Source: Camelus dromedarius (Eukaryota). From it: a stretch of DNA of 64,000 bases. Position numbers and translations under genes: made by a program. This document shows positions 51,689 to 64,000 of the stretch, piece by piece; position 1 is the stretch's first letter, and the number at the start of each line of letters is the position of its first letter. The notes beneath the pieces are model-generated. The model searched no databases, was not told the DNA's origin, and was given only the letters and a program-made list of their open reading frames with translations. The stretch covers positions 110,238,001 to 110,302,000 of the forward strand of contig NC_087436.1 in NCBI RefSeq assembly GCF_036321535.1, in the 5' to 3' direction.

Positions 51689-54600
51689 CAGGACATATTA
51701 CAGAATGTGTTTCAAAGCAGTACTTCCTAAAGTTTAATTCATATACCCAAAAACTATGTTTCTTGTTGAAATAAAGATTTTTGATTCAATAGGTCAGGTG
51801 TGGGGGTCTAAGTTTCGGCATCTCTAACACGATGTCCCAGAAGCACACGTTAGGTAGTGAAGTTGTAAATAGAGTACTTTGAGAAATTCAGCTCCAACAG
51901 CAACCTAAAATCCCTCATAGCCATTCTTGTGGCTTCCCAACATTGGTAACTTGAGCTCTTATGCAGGGTCTGGCACATGGAGATGCCCACAATTATTTTA
52001 GGATTAAACGGGTGTATGAAAGAGTGGCTCACTTGAAAGCCTTGCTCTGATAAGCTTTACAAGTAGGTACCTTTCCTAATAGGTTGAGAAGAGTATCCTC
52101 ATGTAGGGTGAGGAGAGAAGATGGAATGGTATGGGAGGAAAGATTCACAAGAAGCAACAGCTTGGGTAGCTGGAAGGTAATGATAAGATACTGAGCAAAG
52201 GGTCCGAGCATCAGGCCAATGGAGGGTCTGGAGGGGCCACAAATGGGCATGATGATGGGAAATTAACATGATTCCAAAGCAGCAGTCTTCAGTTCTTTTC
52301 AGGCTCAGTGACCTGAGGTTTAAAACATGCTGATCTTGAAAACTATTACTCTGTAGCCCGCTTGAGAAGAGATTTTTCAAGTAGAGATGGTGAAGTTGGG
52401 TATCAGAATCTTTATCCGAGTAATTTAGTCTGAAAAGAGCCCTCTCCTTCCCCTCATTCTGATGTGTGACAATATTCCTTACTACCACACATTTAGAAGC
52501 ATTGGTCCAAAATAGGCACCAAGCATCTCAAAAAGATAATACTTCCTAGGGAAGGTTCTGTTCATTATCCTAAGCAACCATCATATTATAATCATCATTA
52601 TTGCCATCAAATAAGTGGAATGAAAAATTATACCAGCTGCATATTTATAAGAGCATCTCTTTCTCTCTTTGGTATTAGCATGTAATTAATGAACATTAGT
52701 TCCTTCAGATCATTTAAGTTCTCAGTGCTTATCTCTTCACTTATTAAATGAAATTCAGAATCATGATGATATTTTTTGGTAGAAGAACAGTAATTCTCCA
52801 CTCCTCATTCTTCCAGGTAGAGAAACTTCAGCCAAACAAGCTGTCTTGGCTCTGTCCCCACCCACTGCCCTTATTCCTCCCGGTGCTGGGAGAAGTCAGC
52901 CAGCTGACTGGTGTTGATAGGAACAGAAGGTGAACATTGCTTTCTCAGTCTCCTCCTCTGTTCCCTTTGGGGTCTTTCTGCTCACATAGAACTGCATTCT
53001 GCTCTTCCATGGAGCAAATAACTCAGCGGGTGGACTCTGCCATTTTGCGTGAAGTCTTCAGTCAAGCAGTACTGCCTGTGTCAAGGCGGGTTTGTCTACT
53101 CATTTTAAGAGTAAAGTAATAGCAATCTCCCTTCCCTAGGGGCATAACCAGGGTCTACATTTACCTTAATGCCAATAAAGCAGATACTCTGATTTACCGT
53201 CTCTCTGTCTCCTGGATTTCATTTTGCTTTGGACTAAGGCTAGGAAGAAAAGTTATTTAAGTTCTCCCAAACTCTAATATATGCTTGTGATAGTTAGGAA
53301 ACTTGATAAAAGTCAAGAAGTAGCTTTGAAGAACAAAATGCCAGAGAGAGAGAGAGGGAGAGAGAGAGAGGGAAGGCGGGGGAGGGAGAGATCATCTGAC
53401 AGCTTTATTCTTAAGGCTTTAGTTAAGTGTGGCCTAAGTAGAATTTTGTCCTTGGTGGATCATTATGGTTTATGGCAGCTTCGTTCACAGGCAAGTGGCT
53501 TCATTGATAGAGGTAGGGCTATTTTTAGCAGGCATAGCTCATAGAGAATACAGACCTTTAGCAAACAATTCTTGCAAGGACCTCAGCAAACTGGGACAGC
53601 TCTACCTTATTGAGCAGTCAGTCCATGTTGGCCATGACTGTGTAAAGGTACAGCTTGATCTTGAACTACAAGAGCATGGCTTGACCTCTACAAAAGCCAG
53701 TGAAAAAGTGTAAAGCTGAAAAGCTCTCTGGCACGTCTGACTGTAAGTCATCCACATAGCCGACAGGAGAGAAAAGCAGCTTCCTTGGGTGGGACAGGGA
53801 TGCTGTGCTGCAAGTTTCAATCTGGGAAAAGGCAAAGAGACCCAAAGGAAGCCTGGTAGGCATTGTCTTGGTTTGGCAGTTAAATTTGCTCTCAGCCCTC
53901 CAATTAGGATAAAGTAGAATAACTCTAACCTGGTCGTTCATGCTTAAGGGATAATCAAATGGTGAGGCCAATTTAGAACACCCAGGCTTATTTATGGATG
54001 GAATAAGAGAGAATTCACAGACTCAAGACATGAATTCATCCAGAGAAGGGTCACACATTTCACTAATGAAGAACTGAAGAGTTGAACTGCACTCATGGAA
54101 GTGATAAAGATGATACTTTTATCTCTGTCTGCCAAATTCTTTCATCTTTCCTCCTACTAGGGAAGAATTTAGGTGGAGAAAGAGTATTATTTATCGGAAC
54201 CTCAATAATAAAAATAACTTACATCGATTTTAAACATTTGAGTTAATTTTTTCCATATTTATCTTATCACAACTGTACAAGATAACACACAGTGGTGGCA
54301 ATGATTAAGGGCGTCAAAGTGCAATGGTGAAAAATTGATGAATTTAGAATATATTTTAGAAGCAGGAGCCATGGAACTGGCAGAGGTATTGGATGTGAGA
54401 AAGAAGAAATAGGGAAAGACACCTCCTGGATGGTAGCTCTGATTAATTACAAAATTATGATCAATTGAAACAGTAAAGGCTGGGGAGGAACAGGTTTGAG
54501 GGGGTAAGTGAGTGTTTACTTATATTTATTATCTTCAAATTTTAAAAAATGGACTGATAATGGCTCTGTCCCCCAAGTTTTACCGTAAGAACCAAATAAG

Positions 54601-56235
54601 ATATTCTATGGAAAAGTACCTTGGAAAAGTGGCAAGCCTTCTGAAAATACCAACTCTTCAGTGAGGCAAGTATCCATGTCATAGAAAGGAAAAGTAACTC
54701 ATTCTTGTTCCGAATTATCTACAGATCTTAGAGGTGAAAAACTGCCCCCATCTTTTAATTTTGTGAAATTTACCTTTGACTCATGAGAGTTTCTTAAATA
54801 AGATGATTTAACAGAAATGGCAATAGATTTTTTAGTTCTCTTTTTAAAGTAGAGGGGGATAGGATAGGATAAATAACATAAAGGGAGTAACTAATATGTT
54901 CCAGAACCAGGTCATCCACCTCATGAATATTATTTTATACTTACTTACTTATTTAATCTGTGTATCAACCTGGGTAACTATTACTATGCGCATTTGTCAG
55001 ATGAGATTTCGAGAATAAAAATAAATGGTACAAGGTTACAAGGTTAATAAACAAGTAAATCCAGGATTTTATCTGAAGTTTTGATAACAAGGAAATGCAT
55101 CCAGTTCAACAAATAGGTCTTAAGAGCCCACCATACATGCAGTGTCCTGGCCTGGCTGTCTGTTCCAGAAAACTTTCCCTGTTACATAAGAGGAACAAAA
55201 GCAAGCAGCCATAAAAAATGAGAACAAGACCCTGGGCCATAATAAATATTCATTGTACCCGTCTACCTCCAGGGATAGAAAGTCTTGCTAATACAGATGA
55301 AATAGTTTTTGGTAGTGATTCTAGACCATAAATCTGGGACTAGAAGCTACGAGATTTTTGTCCCTAGTTTGGCGGACATTTTTTTTTTCTCCATCTCGGA
55401 TAACAACCTTTCCCAGAAATGACATACTTTGCTAAGTTTATTTATGTAGCAAAATTGACAGAGCATGCTGAGAGGCTGGGAGGGGTGGGGAAGGTGAAAA
55501 ACTCATGCTTTGCAAGGTTCTTGTGGTTCCATGTCAGGCATAGAGCAAAGTGATGATTCAGATTAACCAGCCCTTGCTTCTTCCTCTTAAATAGAACAAA
55601 TTACAAACAAGTCATCATTTCAGAAAATCTTGTCTTTGAAAGTATTCCCCAACTCTCTGTGATATAAGGGTGATGAAGAGTCTCTAAGTATATTCAGAAT
55701 AAGTCTTATTAAAAATGCCAGATTCCTTAATTTAAGAATCAGCCTAGGACTTCAGACACTGCTGGCCATGTAGTACCTGCTCATAGATATATCCAATATG
55801 CATTCAGTTTATTTTTTCTTTATTGTTTTGTCACTTCCATTAGAGCAGATGATCTGACTATGTAGATTATGATCAAAAAAGTACAGCCCAGGCAATATAG
55901 CATGTGGTTCAATAGATACCTATGGATTTTATCACTCAATAATCTCTTTTTATCTCTTAGAGCTTTCTGTTTGCAAGCCATTTCCATACACAATAACATA
56001 ATGATTTTTAGGGGGAAAAAGAAAAAATAAGACAAATATTATCATTTCTAGTATACAATTGGGGAAATACTAACAGAACTTGTAATCACACTTTCTGGGC
56101 TGTTCCAAAATGAAGTTCTGCATTAGTCTCTAATCGAGGAGTAGGAAAAGAAGTATTCTTATAAGCATATGTATTGTTATTATTATTATATGTAGTATAT
56201 ATTTTAGTTATGTGAGTACAATAATTATTGGTTAC

Positions 56236-56594
56236 TGTGTTTGTTTGCTCAGGTTGTCATAATGCAATACCATAGCCTGAGTGGTTTTAACTACAGAAAT
56301 AAATCTCCCAGTTTTGGAGACTGGGAGTCCGAGATCAGGGTGCCAGCAAGGTCCAGTTCTGAGGAGGGCTCTTTAACCTGGCTTGCAGACAGCCACCTTA
56401 CAACATGTCCTCACATGGCCGTTACTCAGTGCACACGTGTAAAAAGACAGACACAGAGACAGAGAGATCTCATTCTTTTCCTATAAGACCATCAATCCTA
56501 TTGGATTAAGACCCCACCCTTATGACCTCATTTAACCTTAATTTGTTCCTAAAACCCCTGTCTCCAAATACAGTCACACAGGGGATTAATACAA
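56236..56594 (-). mobile_element. MLT1A-like solo LTR
   Basis: GGAGACTGGGAGTCCGAGATCAGGGTGCCAGCA...GGCTTGCAGACAGCCACCT...CCCACCCTTATGACCTCATTTAACCTTAAT...TCTCCAAATACAGTCACA. Confidence 0.9.
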
Positions 56595-58317
56595 TTAAAA
56601 ATGTTTCTTTTTCAAACATTCCCACTGTAGTTTTATGCAGTCATCTATCAGACAATAGAAAAACCTCACAGTAATGCTATTTTGCATGCATTTTTACCTT
56701 ATAAGAGTTTTCTTTTAATTAATTTCTTACATTACTACTAAAGTGAACTCTTTCTTGGAGTGACTCATTATAGATATTTTTGCTTTTTGAATGCTAAATG
56801 GTTGATAAGAAAAATATTCATTTTAATTTGAAAATGTAGTTTCAATTTATAGTTGAATATGCACTTTCTATTTAGTGCTTATATAAACTTGAAATGAGGT
56901 TAAGGTTTATAATGGGAATCCACAACTATGAAAAGCAGTCTAATCCAAAAATAAATAGATAAATAAATAAAGCATATTCTATTAATTTAAATGAGCTCTT
57001 TGTCTAAGAATAGTAAAAAATTATAAATCAACATAGCATAATGATTAAATTCATTGGTAATGAAATGCACATAAATTAAAAATAAAAAGCACATTTAAAT
57101 TCTATCAATTGACTAAAAATCATAAATTTACAATGATGATAAACTTTTAAAATTATCTTTATAAGCCAGTGTCTATATTATATATAATAAGATTCCCATT
57201 TAAAAAGTCATAAAAATATTCATAACTTTGATCATAGAACCTGTCTACTAGCAATATTTATAAGAATATTTTCTATTTTTTCTAAATTAGAGAAATAGAA
57301 GGATTTATATGTTTGAAGCAAAGGGAAATGAAATGCTGTTCAATTTTATCTAAATAAAAATTTATGGAGCCATTTAAATAATTATGAAAATCATAGAAAA
57401 TGAAATAGTTTATAATATAAGTAAAAATGAAAAATAAAAACTATGAATACCTCAAGATTATAAGAAAGAAATATGCATACAGACAAGTACCAGCAGGCAA
57501 CATTCAAGTGTACACACACACAAACACACACATATACATACACATATGCACACAAAGCTATTAATGAACTTGGGTTTTGAGTCATTTATTTTCTTCTCAA
57601 AGATTCTTTCTTTTTATTTTACTATGATGCTTGAATAATAAATAAAAGCCTATGGATATAAATACAACAAAAATAAACTAAAATTAGTATAGATTTAATA
57701 CAGCATTTTCATACACTTCATATTTTTGCACCCAGCAGTGTTTCTTTCTCTAGTTAGCTCTAGCAGCAAAAGCTAGAACAAAAAAGAAAGGCAAATAAAA
57801 CTCAATTAGCACAATTCATAACAATAATATAACAGATATAGACTAATAATTAGATTTTATTATAATGAGGTCAACAGCCAAATTCACAAATCTATACATG
57901 ACACATGGGAGAATTCAGAGAAGTGGAGAGGCATGTCAATATAGCTAATATTTTTAATTTCTTATTTTGTTCTCTGTTGCTAGTACAAGCCTTACCTAAC
58001 GTAAGCACTCAATAAATAATCATTGAGTTGAGTTACATTTTGTAAAAAGCATATAATCAATTTAGATGTTAATGTATGAATTTATATACATAAACTACCT
58101 TAAATATTTAATTTATGTAAAATATAGACACTTCCATATTGCCTTCCAAATAGATGAAATGAATATAAAGCAAAGAATATAAACTTTGGAATCAGATATA
58201 GTAGGTACACAATCAATATTTCTTAAAAGAATGAATGAATGAATAAGTTAATAAGTAAATTAATACATTTTCTTACTCATCTTTAAATGGCTCTTCCTGA
58301 GGCATGTTAACTATGTC

Positions 58318-58500
58318 AGTGTTTCTTAAACTGTGGTCCCCAACCTGCAGCATCAACAGTACCTGAGAACTTGATAAAAATGCCAATTCTCAGCCAATCC
58401 CAGAAACTCTAGGGGTAAAACCCCTTAACTCTCAGATCTGACGAGTTGCCTGGGTGATTCTAATGCATGTGATGCAAACTCATTGGAGAACCAATTATCT
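58318..58500. mobile_element. MER5A hAT-Charlie MITE
   Basis: CAGTGTTTCTTAAACTGTGGTCCCC...CAGCATCAACAGTACCTGAGAACTTG...GGTGATTCTAATGCA...GAGAACCA. Confidence 0.85.
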
Positions 58501-58569
58501 AGCCCAATTAATGTTGCTTAGACAATGAATTCCATGGTCCCTACCCCACTTAAACAAGAGGAAGCAACT

Positions 58570-59360
58570 GGGTTCACAAAACACATACTCTCATGAGATC
58601 ATATATAAATGTGAAGTTTAGTTTTGAATTAAAGAGTTAAATAAAGTTTAAGACTTTCAATAAAAACTCAGTTAAAGAAATTAATTATATTGAGCCTCAA
58701 AATCTGAGAGATATAGATAACCTAGTATTTACAGGAAATCCCTAAAGCAAAGAAAAATAATTTAAGAGTGTGATTTAAAATAAGATTTAGGTAAGCCAAG
58801 TCAACATTTGATCAAAGTATAAGGCAAAATCCACAACAGGCTGAAAGACTGAGAAGCTAGTTTGTCAAAAGGCCAACCAAGGGGTCCCCGTGGGAAGAAA
58901 TCTATACTTTGGATACTTACAGAAAAAATGAGTTTGGAAATCGACTTTGTCATTCACCAGGGAACTCACACAGGGGGAAACTCTGTAAGCACTTCTGTTG
59001 TGAGAAAATCTTCAGACTAATGTCTAAATCCTATTTCCCCAGAGAATCCATTTTAAGGAGACGGCAAATAAATGCTGTCAAAGATGATATCTTCATGTCT
59101 ACTCGTGAGTCCATACAGGAGAGGAGCGACATGAAATCAAATCACTATGAGGAGAAAAATTTAAGTAGACATCTCTTGCAAAAGCCACATCAGAAGCATT
59201 CCTTAAACACATGCAAGTTACTTACGGGTTCCCTGCTCTTAAAGGATTGCTTAATGCTACTGTGCCCCTGTGTTGCTTGTGGTAAATGAGCAAATTCTAT
59301 TCGATGTGACAAAAATTACATGTGTGGTTATTATGTGCAAGAATTTTCTCAAAGTCTATG
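58570..59360 (+). pseudogene. Highly degenerate tandem C2H2 zinc-finger array remnant
   Basis: Across shifting frames: IHQGTHTG (58952-58975), KLCKHFCCEKIFR, QRIHFKETANKCCQ (from 59040), VHTGEERHE (from 59109), HQKH (59188), CVACGK (59269-59286), KNYMCGYYVQEFSQSL (59311-59358). Upstream HKTHT at about 58575. Several second-His positions are 80-85 bp apart, close to the 84-bp finger unit. Confidence 0.55.
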
Positions 59361-59690
59361 AAGCCTATAAAAAGTGAACAAAGCATAATGCCTTCCCTCT
59401 GAGAAGACTGCAATCGACCCACGGCGATAACTCAAAATGCACTCAATTTTTTAAAAGTTAAAATTCTAAGTAAAGCAGGAAATGTGTTTAAAAGATAACA
59501 AAATAAAAGGATGGACTTTCTCCCAGTGAGTAGAATTTGGAGAGGAAGCTAAATATGAAGTGAAATTTGAGGATGGAGGATGGATAGGGTTTCAAAAGGT
59601 ATAGTGGCTTAGAGAGAACATTCTGAGGTGGGGGGAAGGGAAGAAAGGAGGGGCCAGAGTAAGCAGGAGTCAAGAAACAGGGGAAACATG

Positions 59691-60190
59691 GTATGGTAGA
59701 CAGAATTATAATGCCTCTTCCAAAAGGTACCCATGTCCCAATCCCCAGAATATGTGAATACGTCAGGTTGCATGGCAAAGGGGAATTAAGGCTGTAGATG
59801 AAATTAATGTTACTGATCACCTGTCTTTAAGACAGGGATATTATCCTAGATTATCTGGATGGTCTCAGTGTAATCAAAAGAGAGAAACAGAGAAAGTGAT
59901 TACAAAATAAACAAGGTTAGAGTGATGAATTCGTAGGTTTTGAGGATGGAGGAAGGAGACCACAAGCCAAGGCACAGGGGCAGTTTCTAAAAGCTAAAAA
60001 GGCAGGAAATAGACCCTCTTCTCTAGCCTCCAAGAAAGAAACACAGACAGGATGGCACTTTGATTTTAGCCCAGTTAGACTCATTTGAATTTTGACCTCC
60101 GGAACTACAAGGAAATAAATTTATCTAGTCCTAAGCTACTAAATTTCAGGTAATTTGCAAGAGCTGTGATTTTAAAAAAAACAATAAACA
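59691..60190 (+). mobile_element. MLT1D-like solo LTR
   Basis: ATCCCCAGAATATGTGAATA...CATGGCAAAGGGGAATTAAGG...TTTGAGGATGGAGGAAGG...TTGATTTTAGCCCAGTTAGACTCATTT...GACCTCCGGAACTACAAG. Confidence 0.88.
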
Positions 60191-60651
60191 TGGATTATGG
60201 TAAATTACTGCATCACAGTGTATTCTATAGAATTTAAGGCAGTACATGGAAGGCAGATTGGTTCCATGCTGAGAAGCACCTTGACTTTTAGGGTGAGGCA
60301 AATCCAAATTCAAAACTATGATGAGAAATCACCATGCATTTTGAACTAGGGATTTGGGGTGTTGGGGAATTGTGCAGATTTAATCCAGAAGCAGCGTGCA
60401 GGATGGATTGGAGGAGAAGAAAGTAGGAGTCAGGAAGTCTCCCCGGGAGACTGAAAGCAGAGTTCAGTTAAGATGGACTCAAAGTCTGAAAGGAAGTGGT
60501 AGAAAGAATAGTCATAAGAGAGGAATGGGATAAACTTTATAAAGATTGATCTACTTCTGTGTGTGAGGTTTGGAGCCTAGAGTAAATTAGAGAAATCAAA
60601 GCATTTCAAGGGCAGATAAATTAAACAGATATATTTAATTATATAAAATTT

Positions 60652-60700
<49 letters not shown>

Positions 60701-60836
60701 AGAGAAGCCAGAGGAATGGGGGAGACAATCAGACAGTATAAGTTTGGAACATCTGAAAGGTGAAGGTAATATTTTTATTTTTAAAAAAGCAGAAGCCATG
60801 CCAATTGGATCTGTACCATGTTTTACATATCCAGAA

Positions 60837-61223
60837 TGTGGCAGAAACTCAACTGCTCACCAAAATCAATATTCTCCTTCCATCAAATGGGGATCTTAGC
60901 TGGAGGCAAATCTAGGCCAAATTTCCCAAACTCCCTTGCATTTAGATCATAAACTTCAGCTCTCAGCATTAGAATGTGAGCACAAATGATGTGGGAAAAT
61001 TCTTGGCCAGAATTCTTAAGCAAGTTAGTGTTCCACATCCATACTTCCTTTCCTCTTTTGCCCTGTGAAGTGACAGGGCCCCAAGCTAGAGGGCACAGGG
61101 GAGGAGAGTTACTCTATCTACTGGAACAACCTCCCAAGACCATTACATGAAGAAGAAACACACTTCTGCTTTGTCAAGCCAATGATATTTTTGTTTCCAT
61201 AGCTGAGCCTACCCTAACAAACA
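60837..61223 (+). mobile_element. MLT1J-like solo LTR
   Basis: TGTGGCAGAAACT...CTGCTCACCAAAATC...ATTTCCCAAACTCCCTTGCATTTAG...TTACATGAAGAAGAAA...CCCTAACAAACA. Confidence 0.7.
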
Positions 61224-62589
61224 CATAAAGTTTCTGGCACTAAATGTGACATTTGCAAATCCAGTTGTCACTTTTCTTTAAATAATGTCAAACTCTATGC
61301 AAATTTAAACACACACAGTCATACGTGATAATACACATATAACTCACTTAAAGACTAAGTTTCTTCACTCATTTGCAAAGACAAGATGGGAATCTAACTC
61401 TTCAGAAATATATTGCATAAATTGAGATAGAAGAAAAATTTACATTGAACATACCAGCAAGGCATAAACAAAAGACTAATTCAAAGGGAACGTGAAAAGA
61501 ACAACAACAAAAAAGAAAGTTATTTATTACTATCCCAGGAGAGAGACCTCCAGGACCCTACATTGTCACATTTTCGTAAAATGAATGTACACATATGTAC
61601 ACACACACACACACACACATACAGTGTAAACTAAAAAAGTCACCTGTTATCATCTCAAAGTTAATAATAGTTCATCAAAGATTTGGGTTACCATGTGGGC
61701 AACACTTCTCTAAGATGACAAAGGAGGAGCCAAGTGAATGGTTTCTAGAGGAAGATTTTCTGAACAAAAACTTCATCTACTTTTATATGTTTTAGAATGA
61801 ACTACAAATGTATCACCTCACAGCTCATTAAGCTTAGAGAAGGAATAATTTAGCTAATCATTATCCAGTCTTAATGATGCATGGAAATGGGCTGAGCTCA
61901 GCTCCAGGCAAGATGACCTATTCCGAGGAAAGGGCAGCTGGGCCATGGTAGCTACTTCCAGCTTTAAGCAGACTGAGAGTCCGACCAACTGAAGGCAGAG
62001 GGCAGGAGAGGCGAAAGAACTTTCTGTTCTGATATTCCAGTATTTCCGTGTTGCCGGGGGCTCTACATACTGCATTCCAAAGTCGGATTAAAGTCAAAAA
62101 CAACTGGGCATTTGCCAATGGGTAAAGGAGTATTGTGAACATCCTGTAATTCTAGGATAGAGAAAAGAAGGAAGAACACTGACTGGGTCTTTGTAAAGAT
62201 TTTATGCAGTAGGCTTAGTTCATACCTAGTATATTCCACTTTTCGTCTTAGCCTCTACAACTCCTTCACTGGGTGAATTCCAGTTTTTGCTTCCCAATTT
62301 ATTATGGGTGCCTGCTGGTTTCTTTCACCACTCTTAGCAACATTGCAAAAGAATTATCTGTTTGTCTAGTTCCTGCATTGGACTGTGTATTTTCTAAGAG
62401 CAGGTAATCGATCTCACAACTCTGTGCTTTAGTTCCCTTGCCAAAAAAAAAAAAAGATAATTATAATAATATCACTAACCTCACAGGGTTGTTATGAAGG
62501 TTAAGTTGGTTAATACATACAAAGTGCTTTGAATTGCACTTGGCATATGGTAAGCGCTCCAGAGATGTTCGTTGTCATTGCTGTAGATT

Positions 62590-63053
62590 GTTATTGTTCA
62601 CGTGAGCTGAAATATAGTCTTTGTCCATTTGGGATTTCAATCTATTGAGATTTTAAGTTTAAATTAATTAAAATTAAATAAAATTTAACATTTGCATCCT
62701 TAGTCACATTGGTCATATTTCAAGTCTTCAAGAGCTACAGGTGGCTAGTGGTTACCATACTGAACAAAACAGAAATAGAATATAGGCATATGTAGAATAG
62801 ATAAACAAGATTATACTGTACAGCACAGGGAAATATCTACAAGATCTTGTAGCTCACAGAGAAGAAAAATGTGACAATGAATATATGTATGTTCATGTAT
62901 AACTGAAAAATTGTGCTCTACGCTGGAATTTGACACAACATTGTAAAATGACTATAACTCAATAAAAAAGTTTAAAAAAAGAAAAAAATCAAAACAAAAA
63001 AAAAAGAAATAAAACACATTCATCATCACAGAGGCTTCTATTGGACAGTGCTG
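62590..63053. mobile_element. MER3-like hAT-Charlie element split by a young L1
   Basis: CATATTTCAAGTC...GTGGCTAGTGGTTACCATACTG...[L1]...CATCATCACAGAGGCTTCTATTGGACAGTGCTG. Confidence 0.8.
62781..63004 (+). mobile_element. Young camelid-type L1 3' end with A-tail
   Basis: GATAAACAAGATTATACTGTACAGCACAGGGAAATAT...TTGTAAAATGACTATAACTCAATAAAAAA, the same family as 12122-12676 in opposite orientation. TSD AGAAATAGAA (62771-62780) / AGAAATAAAA (63005-63014). Confidence 0.9.
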
Positions 63054-63339
63054 ACTTAAACTGCTCTCTTGTCAATTTCCTTTTTCACTAAAAAGATGAG
63101 ATCTTGTCTATTTCATCCATCACTTTATTTGTAGCACCAACATACTGTTATTGATTGACTAAATTCTACAAGAGTCAGCTTAGCCTAGATATTCTCCCCC
63201 ATATTCAAAAAGCAGCCCAAATGTGTTTCCCAAGTTTCAGACTTATCAACCAAATTTCTGCTGGAAATCTCCAATAAAATTCCTACAAAACTTCATATTA
63301 AACATATTTGGCATCCTAGCACCACTCTTCTTGTTGTGT

Positions 63340-63840
63340 ATTTTCTAATTGAATTATAGTTGATTTACAATGTTGTGTTAATTTCTGGTGTACAGCAAAG
63401 CAATTCAATTACATATGTGTGTATGTATATATTTTATATGTATATATATACAATTCCATATTCTTTTCTATTATGGCTTATTACAGGATATTGAATAGAG
63501 TTCCTGCACTATACAGTAGGGTCTTGATTATTTGTTTTATATATAGTAGTTAGTGTCTACTTATCTCCAATTCCTAATTTATCCTCGAACCAGTCAGAAT
63601 GGCCATCATTAAAAAGTCTACAAATAAATTCTGGAGAGGGTATGTGAAAAGGGAACCCTCCTATACTGTTGATGAGAATGTAAATTGGTACATCCAGTAT
63701 GGAAAACAGTATAGAGGTTCCTTAAAAAACTAACAAACTCCTTAAAAAACAAAAATAGAGCTGCCATAAGATCCAGCAATCCCACTCCTGGGCATATATT
63801 CATAGAAAACTAAAATTCGAAAAGATACATGCACCCCACT
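63340..63840 (-). mobile_element. L1 insertion with 5' inversion (twin-priming structure)
   Basis: About 63340-63586 is an antisense L1 3' terminus. About 63590-63840 is an upstream L1 segment in sense orientation (CCAGTCAGAATGGCCATCATTAAAAAGTCTAC...AAAGATACATGCACCCC). Imperfect TSD CCACTCTTCTTGTTGTGT (63322) / CCACTGTTCTTGTGTGT (63836). Confidence 0.85.
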
Positions 63841-64000
63841 GTTCTTGTGTGTTGTTTACAGTAACTAGGGACACCAACATCAATGCGACAGACACATGCT
63901 AGAATCTTTGAGATTATCTTGAAGGGAGAGCTAGCAGTCTCTTTGAACCTGTTTTCTTCTTCTTTGCCTAGATGTGTGACTCAATTATATTTCATTACCT

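Noticed and set aside
1..64000. Prokaryotic systems, CRISPR arrays, rRNA, NUMT or endogenous viral coding sequence, CpG island
   Set aside because: None seen. The window is CpG-depleted mammalian DNA with no repeat-spacer arrays, long non-repeat ORFs or gag/pol/env-like peptides.

Overview
AT-rich mammalian non-coding DNA, probably camelid. The evidence for camelid is a tRNA-Ala-derived vic-1-like SINE, young artiodactyl-type L1 3' ends, and no Alu, Bov-A/BovB, PRE1 or Can-SINE that I could recognise. I can support no intact protein-coding gene, and nearly all listed ORFs are repeat or low-complexity artefacts. The window is mostly interspersed repeats (L1, L2, MIR, MLT1 LTRs, hAT/MER elements) and microsatellites. 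Non-repeat content: (1) a full-length, disabled processed pseudogene of MRPS15 with a perfect 15-bp TSD; (2) a heavily decayed C2H2 zinc-finger array fossil near 58.6-59.4 kb; (3) a candidate minus-strand start exon at 25.2 kb with a perfect Kozak and a consensus donor. The most unusual signal is a pair of neighbouring retro-insertions, the MRPS15 retrocopy and a short L1 tail, each carrying a copy of DNA from about 2 kb away. If copied during first-strand synthesis, both were read off the minus strand, which suggests template switching onto local DNA or nascent host RNA. Also present: an L1 with a probable 3' transduction, a twin-priming L1 inversion, a nested L2-derived hairpin and a 336-bp pure-purine tract. 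Repeat subfamily names come from my recall of consensus sequences, and repeat boundaries are approximate.
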